Part shown: positions 13,401 to 25,622 of the stretch, piece by piece
How the letters are laid out: the number at the start of each line of letters is the position of its first letter
Numbering within the stretch: position 1 is the first letter of the stretch
From: Somniosus microcephalus
Taxonomy: Eukaryota
Reading direction: 5' to 3'
Length of the DNA: 64,000 bases
NCBI GenBank assembly: GCA_052327205.1
Contig: JBMRGM010000043.1
Coordinates: 31,186,001-31,250,000, forward strand
Position numbers and translations under genes: made by a program
The notes under the pieces: model-generated
What the model was told of the DNA's origin: nothing
Database searches by the model: none
The model's input: the letters and a program-made list of their open reading frames with translations, nothing else

Positions 13401-13824
13401 ATTGTGTGGCTCAAGGAGATGCCCCATTTAAGCCTCGTTTTGGGCTTCAGTTATTTGAGAGTCGAATCACCTATTTGCTAAACATTATTGACGGAATTAA
13501 GCTCTCGGGACTTAAATGGTTAATCGTGCCAGGGTGTACCACCTCCCTTACCCCTCTACCATTGTACCAGGCCACATACACAGAGCGGGAGTTGACCACT
13601 TCCCTAAGCCCGTGAAAAAAACAAGCCTTCACCCTGGGGCCACAGACCAGGCCAGTCTCTCTGTTAACGTTATAAACTGCGGTTAGAATAAATCATATTT
13701 GAAACAGTTTGAACAGATTACTACGGCCTGGATTCCAACTGTTCGCTTCTGATAAGAATTCAGTTTAAAACTGACAGGGCTCAGGTAACTTTTCAGCGTT
13801 AGGGTGGATTCGTCATCGTGTCCG

Positions 13825-13963
13825 GTTTAATTTCCTCTTGGCTCCAATGTGGTCAGAAGTCACAGTGATCACAGTGTGCAGTCGGCTGGTGCATGGGCAG
13901 TGAGCAATACAGCTGCAGACTGCTCTCGGGGAACTCGCTCCAGCCGCTGTCTCCTCATTCCCC
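13825..13963 (+). promoter_or_regulatory. Candidate promoter and non-coding first exon of gene B
   Basis: PU.1/ETS-like TTTCCTCTT (13831-13839), CCAAT, RUNX-like TGTGGT (13848-13853), then a CpG-containing block ending in c|gtaagt at 13964, 98 nt before the ttttcag acceptor of the ATG exon; block conserved in 4 copies. Confidence 0.45.
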
Positions 13964-14121
13964 GTAAGTACCGACTCGGGATCTGCGCGTGCGGGCATTT
14001 GGTAATGAAGAAGTCGAACAGTGTCAGCGGCTGAATGTGATTCTATGATATCAGTTTTCAGGTGAACAGAATTGAAAACAGCTGATCCGAAGCGCGGGTC
14101 TTCGGATCCCCCGCATTCGAA

Positions 14122-14152
14122 ATGATTCACATCTGTCGCCTTCTGACCTTGT
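14122..14152 (+). CDS. Gene B leader exon S1 (MIHICRLLTL)
   Basis: ATG + 31 coding nt ending t|gtaagt; same 31-nt phase-1 size as many FcR/FCRL first leader exons; 4 paralogous copies. Confidence 0.75.
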
Positions 14153-14721
14153 GTAAGTAAATCTCAAATATTTCCAGTGCCTTTGAAAATCAACGTCACT
14201 CACCCCTGACCGTTAACCAGATTAATAAGACTCATTCAGTGAGAGGGTGCTTCACAGTAAATTAATATTCAGACTTTATTAAGGTCAAACATTCAATTAT
14301 ACTGCATTGAAATGTCATTTCCATGCTTCAGTTTTAATCAGAATTTAGTGGAACAACAGAAATAAGTTTGATTAGTCAGGCAAACAGGATCTTTCTGCTC
14401 ATCTAAGGTTGCAGCCGACCTTAGTCACATCTAAACGGTCCAATATTTATTATTTCACCAATTATTTAGCCTCACCTGCAGAAACTGCTTGCACGTTTCT
14501 TATTGTTGTCGTTTTGTTTATTAGAAAAAAATAAAATTTTTATGCGCTTCATCTCAAGTATCAGCGTTGGCTCAGTTGACTCACTCTTACAAATTGCTCT
14601 TAATACATGCGGTGAGATTTACAGTGCGTGGGTTCTGTGGCTAGATGTTAAACTTGGTCCATGTCATTGCTTGATGATTTCGTGTGCGGCAGGCACGCTT
14701 CTTGTTAACAACTGCCACAGT

Positions 14722-14723
14722 GC

Positions 14724-14757
<34 letters not shown>

Positions 14758-14895
14758 GGCGGAGTGGGAGAGGGAGTCAGTGCGAAAGACAATCAGATAG
14801 GGACAGAGAGAGACAGATAGACAGAGATTGTAAGAAAGTAACAATTAAGCTGTCCACGAAGGAGAGTGACAGAGAGAGAGAGAGAGAGAGAGGGC
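14722..14895. repeat. GA-rich microsatellite region (paralog at 45540-45710)
   Basis: (GA)n runs. Confidence 0.85.
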
Positions 14896-15926
14896 AGGAG
14901 TTTTTTTTTCAACTCAGTTTTGCAGATTCACGATGAAGGGCTTCTTTTGTTTTCTGTTGTGAGGGAGAAAATAGACATTAACGGGACGACAACACTTGAG
15001 TTAACAAAGCTGAGGAGAACATATTTACTATGATTATACTTGACCTAAACTGACGGCTTAAGGGTGTTTGGCAAGGAAATTTAAAATGCTGCATCTTTAA
15101 AATTAATTTCTGATGCTGTTTATTGGAATTTAGACAGAAATGACTCTTTATGGCCACAGGACATTGAGGCTGCCTTCCTGTGAGATGCTGACGTCAGCGC
15201 TCTATTGGCTTGTTAACCACTGGATCACAAGCCCAGCAAACAGGAACAAACAACAGGGTTTGCATCTTTAATGTACCACCGACTCTTTCACCAGAATCTC
15301 ATCTATTTTAGTAACTTGACATTAGTTGTGGGACCATGTTGGTCACAGCTACTTCCACAGATTAATGAGGTAGAGCTTAAAATATGTGAAGTTAACCTCA
15401 AGTTGTTCATTCTTGAGCATATAATAGGCCCCATGATTTATTTGTTGCACAGCACATGAAACCCACTTTTTGGAAATATTGGCCTAACTGAATGCTTGAA
15501 ACATTCACCCTATTGAATCCTAGCTGGACAAAAGTCCCAGGTTCTACATGTTGAACAATGAAATACAGACACATCTGCATTGACCATTGACCCTTTTGCA
15601 ATTATATTTGCAAGGTTTGCAGCAGCAGGCATTGCCTTAGTAGTTTGATTCCTGTGGCCTGAGGCGCGACAAAAGCTTCCTGCTGCTTTCTGCTGCTAGC
15701 GGCTGGGTCATGTATTGTCTTCACGAGTATCAGTTGCAACCCAGGTAATACTTGTGATTCTGAATCGATTAAAGATGAGTTAACTGATGATAGGAACATA
15801 CCAACAGGAGTAGGCCATTCAGCCCTTCGACGCTGCTCTGTCATTCAATTATATGATGGTTAATCTGTACCTCCACTCCAATTACCCCACTTTGCTCAAC
15901 ATCCATTGTTACGCTTACTCAACTCG

Positions 15927-16320
15927 TGTCAGCCGTGGCTCAGTGTATAGCATTCTCGCCTCTGAGTCAGAAGGTTCGTGTGATTCCGGTCCCACTACAG
16001 GGACTTGAGCACAATCAACTAAGCTGATACTCCAGTGCAGTGCTGAGGGAGTGCCGCACTGTCGGATTGGCCGTTTTTTATAATAGACGTTAAAGTGAGG
16101 CCCCTTCCAGGGTGTTTATCCCTGGTGCCCTGGGCAATATTTGTCCCTCAATCAACATGACAAAAACAGATAATCTGGTCATTATCAACATCATTGTGTG
16201 AACATTGGCTGCCACATTTCCTACACTGACTAAACTTTAAAAGTCCTTCATTGGTTTTAAAACGCTTTGGGAAGTTCGGAGGTCTTGAAAGGCGCTATAG
16301 GAATGCAACTATTTCTTTCA
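15927..16320 (+). mobile_element. Deu-SINE-like (SacSINE1-like) tRNA-derived SINE; duplicated copies at 41645-42035, 46733-47120 and ~50295-50635
   Basis: Head gtcagccgtggctcagt...gagtcagaaggtt, core ctccagtgcagtgctgagggagtg, tail aaaggcgctataggaatgcaa; family name is from recall. Confidence 0.75.
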
Positions 16321-16885
16321 TTTTTTAACGAAGATCTATCGATCTCCGTCTTGGAAGTACCAATTTACCCGCAAAATCCACAGCGGTTTTTGTAAAGAGC
16401 GTTGAAATTTCTCACTACACATTGTGTGAAAAAGTGCTTCCTGATTTCCATCCTAAATGGCCTATAAACAATTTTAATGAAATATTCCCTTCTCCTTGAC
16501 AGAACAATCACACTCATTGGCTCTCAGAACAATGATACATTTCAATATTTGTCAGTTTCCTTTCATCCGGCAGCAACTTTTCCATATAGTCCTCAGACCA
16601 TGGGGAACTTCCACAAAATAACAATTTATCTTTGTCCGTGAGAGGGACAATTGGCATCATTCGATATATTAATATTTTACATTTACTTCAACTGAACTGA
16701 ATACCTCGTGGCATGTATGGACTGGCAGCAAATGTGTTTCCGCCTGTTTTGTGTCCCTGCCGAAGTCAAATTTCAACCCCTGGGTGTTTCCTCTATTCAG
16801 CTGCCTTACAGCTGAGCAGCTGAGGTCAAACTTGAAGATGGTCTCAGATAATGAAACATATTTTACATTGTCTTCTCTCTTGCAG

Positions 16886-16915
16886 TGCAAATTACTCATC
16901 AGGCGACCACACAAG
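16886..16915 (+). CDS. Gene B leader mini-exon S2 (LQITHQATTQ)
   Basis: tcttctctcttgcag| and aag|gtatga; 30 nt, phase 1-1; conserved with splice sites in 3 copies. Confidence 0.75.
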
Positions 16916-17269
16916 GTATGATGACAATAATGTCCTTTATTGATAATAATCCAGTTGTGGAATGAACGCTTCCAATTTATATCTATAGGACAACAACAAT
17001 CCAGCAATGGAGTAATTATCAGCTGTTCGCCCGTGCGTAAAACTGTGGTTCTGGACTCGCCACCTATGAGAAACTTTCGGTCATCATTTTCATTGATTCG
17101 GTGGGAATGTAAAGTGGGCGGTTTCTCTCACGGTCGGCCAATCAGAACCCCAGTTTTAAGCCTCGGCGCCAAGTTTAATGTCTACCACAATATATTAAAG
17201 AAAAAGCGACCTAGAAATTTGTCTGTGTAACTGCTAGATCATTTAACTGTGGGTTGGCAGCGAGTAATC

Positions 17270-18900
17270 ATAACTGAGTAAATAAATGGATGGATAGATA
17301 GACAGTTCTTTGTTGAAGTAACAGGGAATGCTAATCAAATTAGTGCAGTTCACTGTCGTGTATATAGACTTTCAAAAAATGCCTAATGAAGTACCACACA
17401 ACTGACTTGTTCGCAAAAATCGTATTGTTATCATTGCGATTAAGGGGTACGGACAGCGTGGATAAGAAATTGTCTGAGACAAGGAAGCAGAGAATAGTTT
17501 TCAATTTTCGTTTTCTGTGATTGGAAGGGAATATTCAGTGTTATTCATAGTCATAGAGTTATACAGCACAGAAAGAGGCCCTTCGGCCCATCGTGTACAC
17601 GCCAGCCATCAAGCCCTATCTATTCTAATCCCATTTTCGAGCTCTTGGTCCGTAGCCTTGTATGCTGTTGCGTTTCAAGTGCTCATCTGAATGCTTCTTG
17701 AATGTTGTGAGGGTTCCTGCATCTACCATTTCATGATGATATGGAAATATATGGAAAGCGTACTTATTCTGTGTCGCTTTTATGCTTTCGCTAGTAAATC
17801 TGATGGGAGAGTGCATGGAGCACACTCCGACCATTCTGTTCTGCAATGACATATGGGGTGGGAGGCGGTGACTAGTGGTGTTTTGCAAGGATCAGTGCTT
17901 GGGCACCAGCTATTCACAATAAATATCAATGATTTGGATGAGGGAACCAAATATAATATTTCCAAGTTTGCTGATGAAATGACACGAGGTGGGATCGTGA
18001 GTTGTTATTAGGAGGCAAAGTGTCTTCAAGGAGATTTAGACAAGTTGAGTGAGTGGGCAAAACCATTGCAGATGCAGCATAACGTGGATAAATGTGAAGT
18101 TATCCACTTCGGTTGGAAAAACAGAAAGGCAGAGTACTAAATAAATGGTGATAAATTGGGAAATGTTCATGTATAAAGGGACCTGTGTGTCCTTGTACCC
18201 CAAACACTGAAAGCAAATATGCAGGTACAGCAAGCAGTTAGGAAGGCAAGTGGTATGTTGATATTCATTGCAAGAGGATTTGAGTACAGGAGCAAGGATG
18301 TCTTTCTACAGTTATAGAGGGCCTTGGTGAGACAACACCTGGAGTACTGTGTGCAGTTTTGGTCTCCTTACCTAAGAAAGGATGTACTTGACATAGAGGG
18401 AGTGCAGCGAAAGTTCACCAGACTGGTTGCCGGGATGGCAGGACTGTCGTATGAGGACAGACTGGGTCGACTAGGCCTGTGTTCACTACAGTTTAGAAGA
18501 ATGTGTGGATCTCATTGAAACGGTTAAAATTCTGGCAGGGCTACGCAGACTGGATGCAGGGAGGATGTTTCCCCTGGCTGGCGTGTCTAGAACGAGGGGT
18601 CACAGTCTCAGGATACGGGGTAGGAAGTTTAGGACTGAGACGAGGAGAAACGTCTTCACTCATAGGGTGGTGAACCTGTGGAATTCTCTACCACAGAAGG
18701 CTGTGGAGGGCGAGTCACTGAATATATTTAAGAAGGGGATAGATAGATTTCTAGACACAAAAGGCATCAAGGGGCATGGGGAGAGAGCTGGAATATGTTT
18801 GTGAGACGTAGGATCTGCCATGATCATATTGAATGGCAGAGCATGCTCGAAGGGCTGAATGGCCTACTCCTTCTCCTATTTTTCCATGTTTCTGTCTTTC
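17270..18900 (+). mobile_element. CR1 fragments: old + fragment, reverse 3' tail (17546-17730) and 5'-truncated CR1 (17860-18900)
   Basis: GSVLGHQLFTININD, HLEYCVQFWSPYLRKD, TRGHSLRIRG; 3' tail near 18860-18900. Confidence 0.88.
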
Positions 18901-19214
18901 TAAGCTGGGTCCGGTGTAAATCACAAAATCCTGATTTGCATGGTGACAGAGGAGTACCGCCAGGAAAAGGCAGGTGCTTCTGCCGCCCAAAGGTCGGCCA
19001 TTCTAAAAGTTTAAGCAGCCAGGGAGTTTCCGTTTACAACGTGCTGAGGTCGATATCAATGATGCAAAGTCATCACCAACTCAAAAGATCGATCCATGGG
19101 CACCCGATAGGTAGCGCCCATTTTGGACAGCGACTAGAAATTCTCTGTAGTGGATATTGCACAGATTAGTTTCAACAATTCTAATCAGAACATTATTTTA
19201 ATTTCATTCTACAG

Positions 19215-19469
19215 CCCATGTCCCAGAAGTAGTCCTTAGCAATCCGAGCGATGGAATCGTGAAAGAAGGGGAGACATTTTACCTGCAGTGTCGATACAGA
19301 GGCATGAAAACATTGGCTTATTGGTATAAAGATGAGACTTATATTCATTTTAAATATATATTCTTTGAAAGATATGCAGATAGTCGCAGTGGAGCGTCTT
19401 ACCAGTGTTCAGTGCCGCTGCCTTGGTCCTCCTCTGAGAAGAGTAAACCTCTGGATTTAGTCACCATTG
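19215..19469 (+). CDS. Gene B Ig domain 1 (short C2-type, FcR D1-like)
   Basis: PEVVLSNPSDGIVKEGETFYLQC...WYKD...SGASYQC...SKPLDLVTI; 255 nt, phase 1-1, canonical splice sites. Confidence 0.88.
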
Positions 19470-21264
19470 GTAGGTAAACTTCGACACCAATGATCATAGC
19501 TCAGTTTTAGTCGAGAAATGTGTCGCTTATAAAGGGGCCTCACAGTCAAATATAGTACAGGATATCAAGCACATGCAATACTGGGATAAAATTGGACCAC
19601 TGGGCAGAAGTGTATCTTCATCCCTCCTCCTAACAGGGGGACCTCTCGGTTTCCCCAGAGTTGAAATATATGCCGCTATTTTGTGCGGTAGTATCAGCCA
19701 GTTTCACCTCCCATTTATATCACATTAACTTCAATTGAAATATCGCACAGAGTCTAAATCTACCCAAATTCTTACATGTTGTTAGGTCAATCAAATGTTA
19801 TTTATTTCAAGAGAGACCTTAAACCGCTAATTGTGCATGGAACAGCGGCTCTCTAAAACAGCAGATACGAGAAAGCCACCGTTAATATCTCCTAGAGTAA
19901 TTTTAAGACTGTGTTGAAAGCTTAAATTCTATTTCCAAAGTTCAAACTACAAAATCTGTGATCTGCAAACTAGTTTATATTAATAATAATGACATCTGAG
20001 AATTGCTGTGTCGCTGGTCTGATATGCAATGACTTCTCCATTTAAACATTACTTCATCCTCTGCGAAGTAGGTTGTAGGGTGACCCATCACAGGTTTAAA
20101 ATCCAACTTTGGTGGAAGCACGTAATGGGCTCTACTCTCTCCAACCCTGTAACAAATCAAATGTAAAAGTCATAAAACCGACTGCTGTTTCGTATTCGCT
20201 CATTTGCCGCCAATGTGTATCACAAATTTATACCGGAGTGGGAATAACTTTACCTTTCATCGCAGGGTGAAATAAACAGGCGAGGTCCAATCAATCGCCA
20301 TGTTTTAGATTCAGGTGGAGTCGCATTTCTATTTACTTCAGTGTTAAATAAATCGAGAGTGGTTTGAAACTTATGGCTGCTCCATTACTGCCCTTTGGCC
20401 TCTTGGCGGTAAAAGTGAAAAGTAGCTCAAGTGTATCCTCCCGGCGCTCCCCTGGGATCAGGATTGGTTGGAAGTGCATCTGCAGACCCGAGGCATGGTG
20501 AGAAGTGGAGTGTACATTTATCTTGTGTCTCTCAGAAAACAAATTATTATGAGGTGCAACGAATGCTTTTATCTAGGTAATAAGCAATGCTAGAAAAATT
20601 GTTGATAGGTGACTAACTAGGGGCGCTCCTTGAGCACTGCCACAAGTTTATTGTATGTGCAGTGCAAAAACCCTTTACATACATAAATGGGGTTCCCTTC
20701 CGCACACCTGGCGAAGTTACAGTGGAGGAGCGAAGGCAGGAAATTGCCCTGTGTTTCCACAAAAGGTAATGGGACAATGAGCAGCTAATTTGTTTGGTCT
20801 TGCTGGACGAACGAGCAATACCCCAGGACACTGGAACGACTTCTTCGTCTTGGCGTCGTTCAATGGGATTTTTAACTGATATCAGAAGCACCTGAACAGG
20901 TGAAAGCGGCCACGGTTTTAATATCTTGATTCCACAACATTTACAAATACCAGACGTTTATTTAGAGAGGGCTGGGCATCTGCCTGGCTGTTGAATCGAT
21001 CCTCGCCATTGAACTTCGTTGATGAAACCTTGAAGGGCAATATGAGCAGTGATAGCTCAGCATTAGAAAGGGAACGGTCACTCTCTGAACCAATAAACAT
21101 TAGTTTGGCTTTTCAGGTCTTAAAATTACTTTTAGTTACTGAGGTGATACCGATTGCTCTGGATATTGAGCTGCACTTTCAAGCCAATGTTTTTTAACAT
21201 TGAAGAATGGTGCTTTAACATATTTTAATTTGTATTTCGTTCATATGTTTCACTTTTTTTGCAG

Positions 21265-21531
21265 CTTCTGATATGAATTTAACTCTGGAAGTGAATCCAA
21301 CATCCGCACTGTCAGGTGACAGTATTATCCTGAAATGTTTGATGCCTTCCTGGAAATGGAGAGAAGGTTTTCCCTTCCTGTGGTATCGAGATAAACAGTT
21401 AATAGCAGAAACTGACGAATCTCAGTACACCATAGAAAACGCAAAAGAGTCAGATACGGCACCATATCGGTGTGAACTCAAAATACGTTACAGGAAGTGG
21501 ATCTCCCCGAATGTAACCATCACCATAAAAA
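21265..21531 (+). CDS. Gene B Ig domain 2 (C2-type)
   Basis: LTLEVNPTSALSGDSIILKC...WYRDKQL...DTAPYRC; 267 nt, phase 1-1; donor a|gttggt matches paralog 54800. Confidence 0.85.
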
Positions 21532-22319
21532 GTTGGTCACTGCTTTTCTTTTTCATTTTCTTTATTTGATCTGGTAATGAGCTGTTGAAGGATGTGAAGT
21601 ATTCTAAGAATCCTTGGCCTATATATGACTGCACAACCACAGAAATGTGGTTGACTCTTAATCCCCTCTGAAATGGCTTGGCAAGCTACTAAGTTTTATC
21701 AAAGCACTAGAAAAAACTGTAAGATTAAAACTTGGAGGAACACCTGGCATTGAACTAGGCATCATATTCGGACACAGATAAGACACACAGTCAACCCTGC
21801 AAAGCCCTCCTCCCTAACATCTGGGGACTTCTGCAAAAATTGGGACAGCTGTCCCACAGACCAGTCAAGCAATAGCCTGTCATAGTGATGATCACAGAAT
21901 CATACCTTCCAACCAATGTGGTGCCTGGGTGGTGACAGAGTGATGTAACTGTGAATATTTGCAGAATTCACAGTGATCATAGTAGATGTTGAGACACAGC
22001 AGGGAATAGCGAAAAGAGCAAAGTTCTATTGAAGGATTCATACTTGAATAAGTCTTGCACAGCGTGGAGTTCCTGTATCAGCAGAATATATTAAGCAGAT
22101 TAAGTTCTCCGCAAACAAAGCAGCGAGTGGAAATCCATAACAATATAGTAATGCTGCCTACTGGAGTGTTCCACAATACAGCTGCTGGTTACCATTTAGT
22201 ACAGTCGCACCTCGTGGTGGTTCTTGGTATATCCTTGCTCTTGTTATCAATAATCTCTGCTATTTGTTTAACTATATGAGATGAATTCTTACCTCCCAAT
22301 CCATATTCTGTTTTCACCG

Positions 22320-22596
22320 AACTCTTCTCCAAACCTAAACTGAGGACTGAGCCTGCAGTTAAAATATTTGAGGTAGACCAGTTAAAATTCATTTTTTTAT
22401 TGAAACAATGCTGTTCAATATTAGGCTTCAATACACATTTCACAAAAATGGCAAAGCTCTGCAGTTGAATTCATACATCAACTCTAAGCACATGGGGGCA
22501 GCTTCTTTGAAGGGCTCGGTGACTTAGCCTTGTTGAGCAAATGCTTTCTACCACCGTGATAACAACAGAGTGATGAGGTTTCCATTACGGTAGAAG
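22320..22596 (+). pseudogene. Dead FcR D3-type Ig exon in gene B
   Basis: Homologous to 57686-57961 and 63757+, but the acceptor is cacag>caccg, with frameshifts, loss of the first Cys codon and stops. Confidence 0.85.
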
Positions 22597-24358
22597 GTAA
22601 ATAGAACCAGCTGTAATTACTGTTCATCTTTCATTTAAAGAATTCTTCAGGGGATTATAGATAAATAAATATACGGGAGGGATCCAATGTGGAAAAAGAT
22701 TTACTCCCAGCTTTATCACATAATAAATCAATTTTGGATGTGATCTGTTTAAATCAAAGCGCCACCTGGTTCTATAAAAAATCCATACATTTACTGAAAC
22801 CCACACTTGTAATAGCTGCAACGTTTGAAGACCAGTGTCCACTCCCAGTGGCTAATATTAGCTTCCTGCAATAGTGTCGAATGGGCGATACTGAATTTGC
22901 CTCCCATTATATGTCCCTCCCGTGTTTGCGTCGCATCATTATCATTGGACAGGAACATCGTGCGTGGTGTACAATTGGTGCAAGATTCGATACCACGCGT
23001 TTTACACCATGGATCCAAGGTCAAGTTACCTCCTCTGTTTCTGTCTGACTGAATCAGCAACGAGCAGAACCTGGTCAGGAACAGCACGGTGTTTAATCAG
23101 ACAGTGCCTTACCACTTATTAGTCCCGGCAATCGTTGCTAGCTGAAATCTCGGTGCTAAAATTTAACTTGGAGAGTGCAGTAGATAATTGGCAGACAAGG
23201 AAATCGAATTTCACCTGTGTGTAGATAGTATGGCCAATGAGCTACTACCGGTTTTGCACCCCAGACAAACTTGAATTTCCACCCCTCCAATTTCAGTAGA
23301 GGGGGATGACGGGGTGGCAAAACGCCGGAGGCTATTGAAGGCTGAGCCTCTGATGTCCGGCCTCTCGATTGCATTCAGTTAGAATCTGCCAATCATAACT
23401 CTATCTTTACATTTTAAAAGGAGCAGGCAATCAGAACACCAAGTGGGTGTTATCGATCCTGTGTCATCAGTGGATTTTCAAAGAATTGCATTGTCCATAG
23501 CTGAGCGTTTAACATGAATGTCCTAAAATGTGAAGGTTCGCACACGGGGATTGATCCGTGAAGTAAGGGCCTTACCTATATGTTCAACATGCACTGAATA
23601 CATAAATAACTAAATTATTGTCGCATAGACAACAGGGGAAAGGAAATAATAGCATGTTTATACAACACATTCGTGAGGCCACAGATACTGTGTCCAATGT
23701 CCTGCCTTCCATTTTAAAGAGAACAGTAAAATCACAGAAAACGGGAAGCGTTGATTCACCAGATGACGCCAGGGATGGAAAACCTTATTCACCAGAATAG
23801 ACTTGAGCTACTGGCACGAACACTACCGGAGTAGCCATGGCTAAGAGTTATTTCATTACTGTTTATTACATGATAAGACCGAGATAGGGTGATAAGGGAA
23901 TGGTATTTACTCTGATTGCGAAGACAGGAAGGAGGGATCATTGATGTATAATTATCAATATAAGCGGGAGGATAGCTTAGAAGAACGTTCTTTATTCGAG
24001 GATTGCTGGAACAAAGAATGATTGGCCAAGTGGAGCAGTGGAGTTAGATGCAATTGCATTTAGGTAGATAGTGTTTATGGTACTGGAATAGTGCAGAGTT
24101 AGTAGGAATCAGTACCAGGCCAGAGATAGTAGGGTGGCCACTAGTGGATTGCAATAGGAATCATTGCAGTTCCAGAATCAGTTTTTCCTCTATTAATTCC
24201 ACTGACTGCTGAAGTAGGAGAGGGGCACGGGCGCCCAAGATTGGAGTGGTAACCTAAATGACGAGGCTCTTTATTTTGATGAGAGCCCTATTTCACTTTG
24301 AAAGTAATACTACAAATTCCACAAAAGCAATGTAATTGACAAATGGTTATATTTACAG

Positions 24359-24646
24359 GAATCCCAGTGTCCAAACCGGAACTGGCAATCAGCCCTGGTA
24401 AAGAGTTACTGGAAGGTGACACAGCGTCGTTAACCTGCTCAGTGTTCAACGGTTCTACCCCGATTACCTACATATTCTACAAAGGCCCAAATAAAGAACT
24501 CTTCCGAGAGGAGTCCAACCTAACCGAAATTACTTACCAAATCGGTAAAGTCAACCAAAGCACCCAAGGGGATTATATTTGTGGTGTTTCAAACGAAGCG
24601 ACCAGACGTCCTCTACACAGCGATTTTGTTACGGTTGCAGTGCTAG
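24359..24646 (+). CDS. Gene B Ig domain, FCRL membrane-proximal (D4/D5) type
   Basis: IPVSKPELAISPGKELLEGDTASLTCSVFNGSTPITYIFYK...GDYICGVSN matches the PVSxP...C...GSxPIxYxFY...GxYxCxxxN pattern; 288 nt, tacag|...g|gtgagt. Confidence 0.88.
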
Positions 24647-25029
24647 GTGAGTTATTATAAATACCTCTGAGGCAGAACGAAACAAGTGACTCAGTGAGAA
24701 CAGTCCGGGAATCACTGCTTTTGCCAATAGCTTGGACGTTGTAACATCTTCTTTGACATTCTTCTGTGTGAAGTGAGGCACTGCGCCATTTACATTAAAC
24801 AGGTGAATGCCTAAAAAGAACAAGAATGTCATCTGATTGCATCAAGTATTGGTCTACAAACTGCAACTGTTAGTTGTAGATTTAAAACGGCCGATCAGTC
24901 TGTTTAATTGACAAATTGAGAGAAGTTATACGGAGAGGTTAATGACGACTCAAATCTTAATACCATCGGCAGTAATTTTTGGGCTATAAATTTTAGAACA
25001 TCATCTCTTAACCGTAGCTGCTAATACTT

Positions 25030-25622
25030 TTGTATTTGTATATGGGATTGGGCGTCGCTGGCAACATTTGCGTTAATTGGCCATCCCTAATTGCCCTTGA
25101 GAAGGTAGTGGTGAGCCACCTTCTTGAACCGCTGCAGTCCACGTGGTGATCATCCAAATTCAGTACCCTGTCCCTGCTTTCTACCCACATCCCTTGATCC
25201 TGTTAGCCTTAAGCAACATATCTAACTCCTTCTTGAAAATAATTAATGAATTGGCCTCAACTTCCTTTTGTGGTAGAGAATTCCACAGGTTCTCCACTCT
25301 CTGGGTGAAGAAATTCCTCCTCATCTCTGTTCTAAATGGCTTACCCCTTATCCTTAGACTGTGACCCCTGGTTCTGGACTCCCCGACTATCGGGAACATC
25401 CTTCCTGCATCTAATCTGTCGAGTCCTTTTAGAATTTTATACGTTTTATTGAGATCCCCTCTCATTCTTCAAAACTCCAGTGAATATAAGCCCAATTGAC
25501 CCAATCACTCCTCATACGGCATTCCTGTCATCCCAGGTATCAGTCCAGTTAATCAGCGCTGTACTCCCTCCATGGCGAGAACATCCTTCCTCAGATAAGG
25601 AGAACATCCTTCCTCAGATAAG
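25030..25622 (-). mobile_element. CR1 3' fragment (25160-25622) plus a LINE/SINE tail (25030-25145)
   Basis: MRGDLNKTYKILKGLDRLDAGRMFP...WNSLPQ on the minus strand. Confidence 0.88.

Noticed and set aside
13861-13910. Two CACAGTG heptamers suggesting V(D)J recombination signals
   Set aside because: No ACAAAAACC-like nonamer at 12 or 23 bp, not conserved in the other copies, and the Ig exons are C2-type with normal splice sites
16801-16824. Alternative 24-nt leader mini-exon after ctctattcag
   Set aside because: In-frame stop in phase 1 and a weak GTCAAA donor; the 30-nt exon 60 bp downstream fits better
17030-17180. GC box + CCAAT (gggcgg...ccaatcag) as a promoter, repeated at ~42840 and ~52185
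   Set aside because: Lies in the intron after S2, within what looks like a degenerate palindromic repeat; conserved only through segmental duplication
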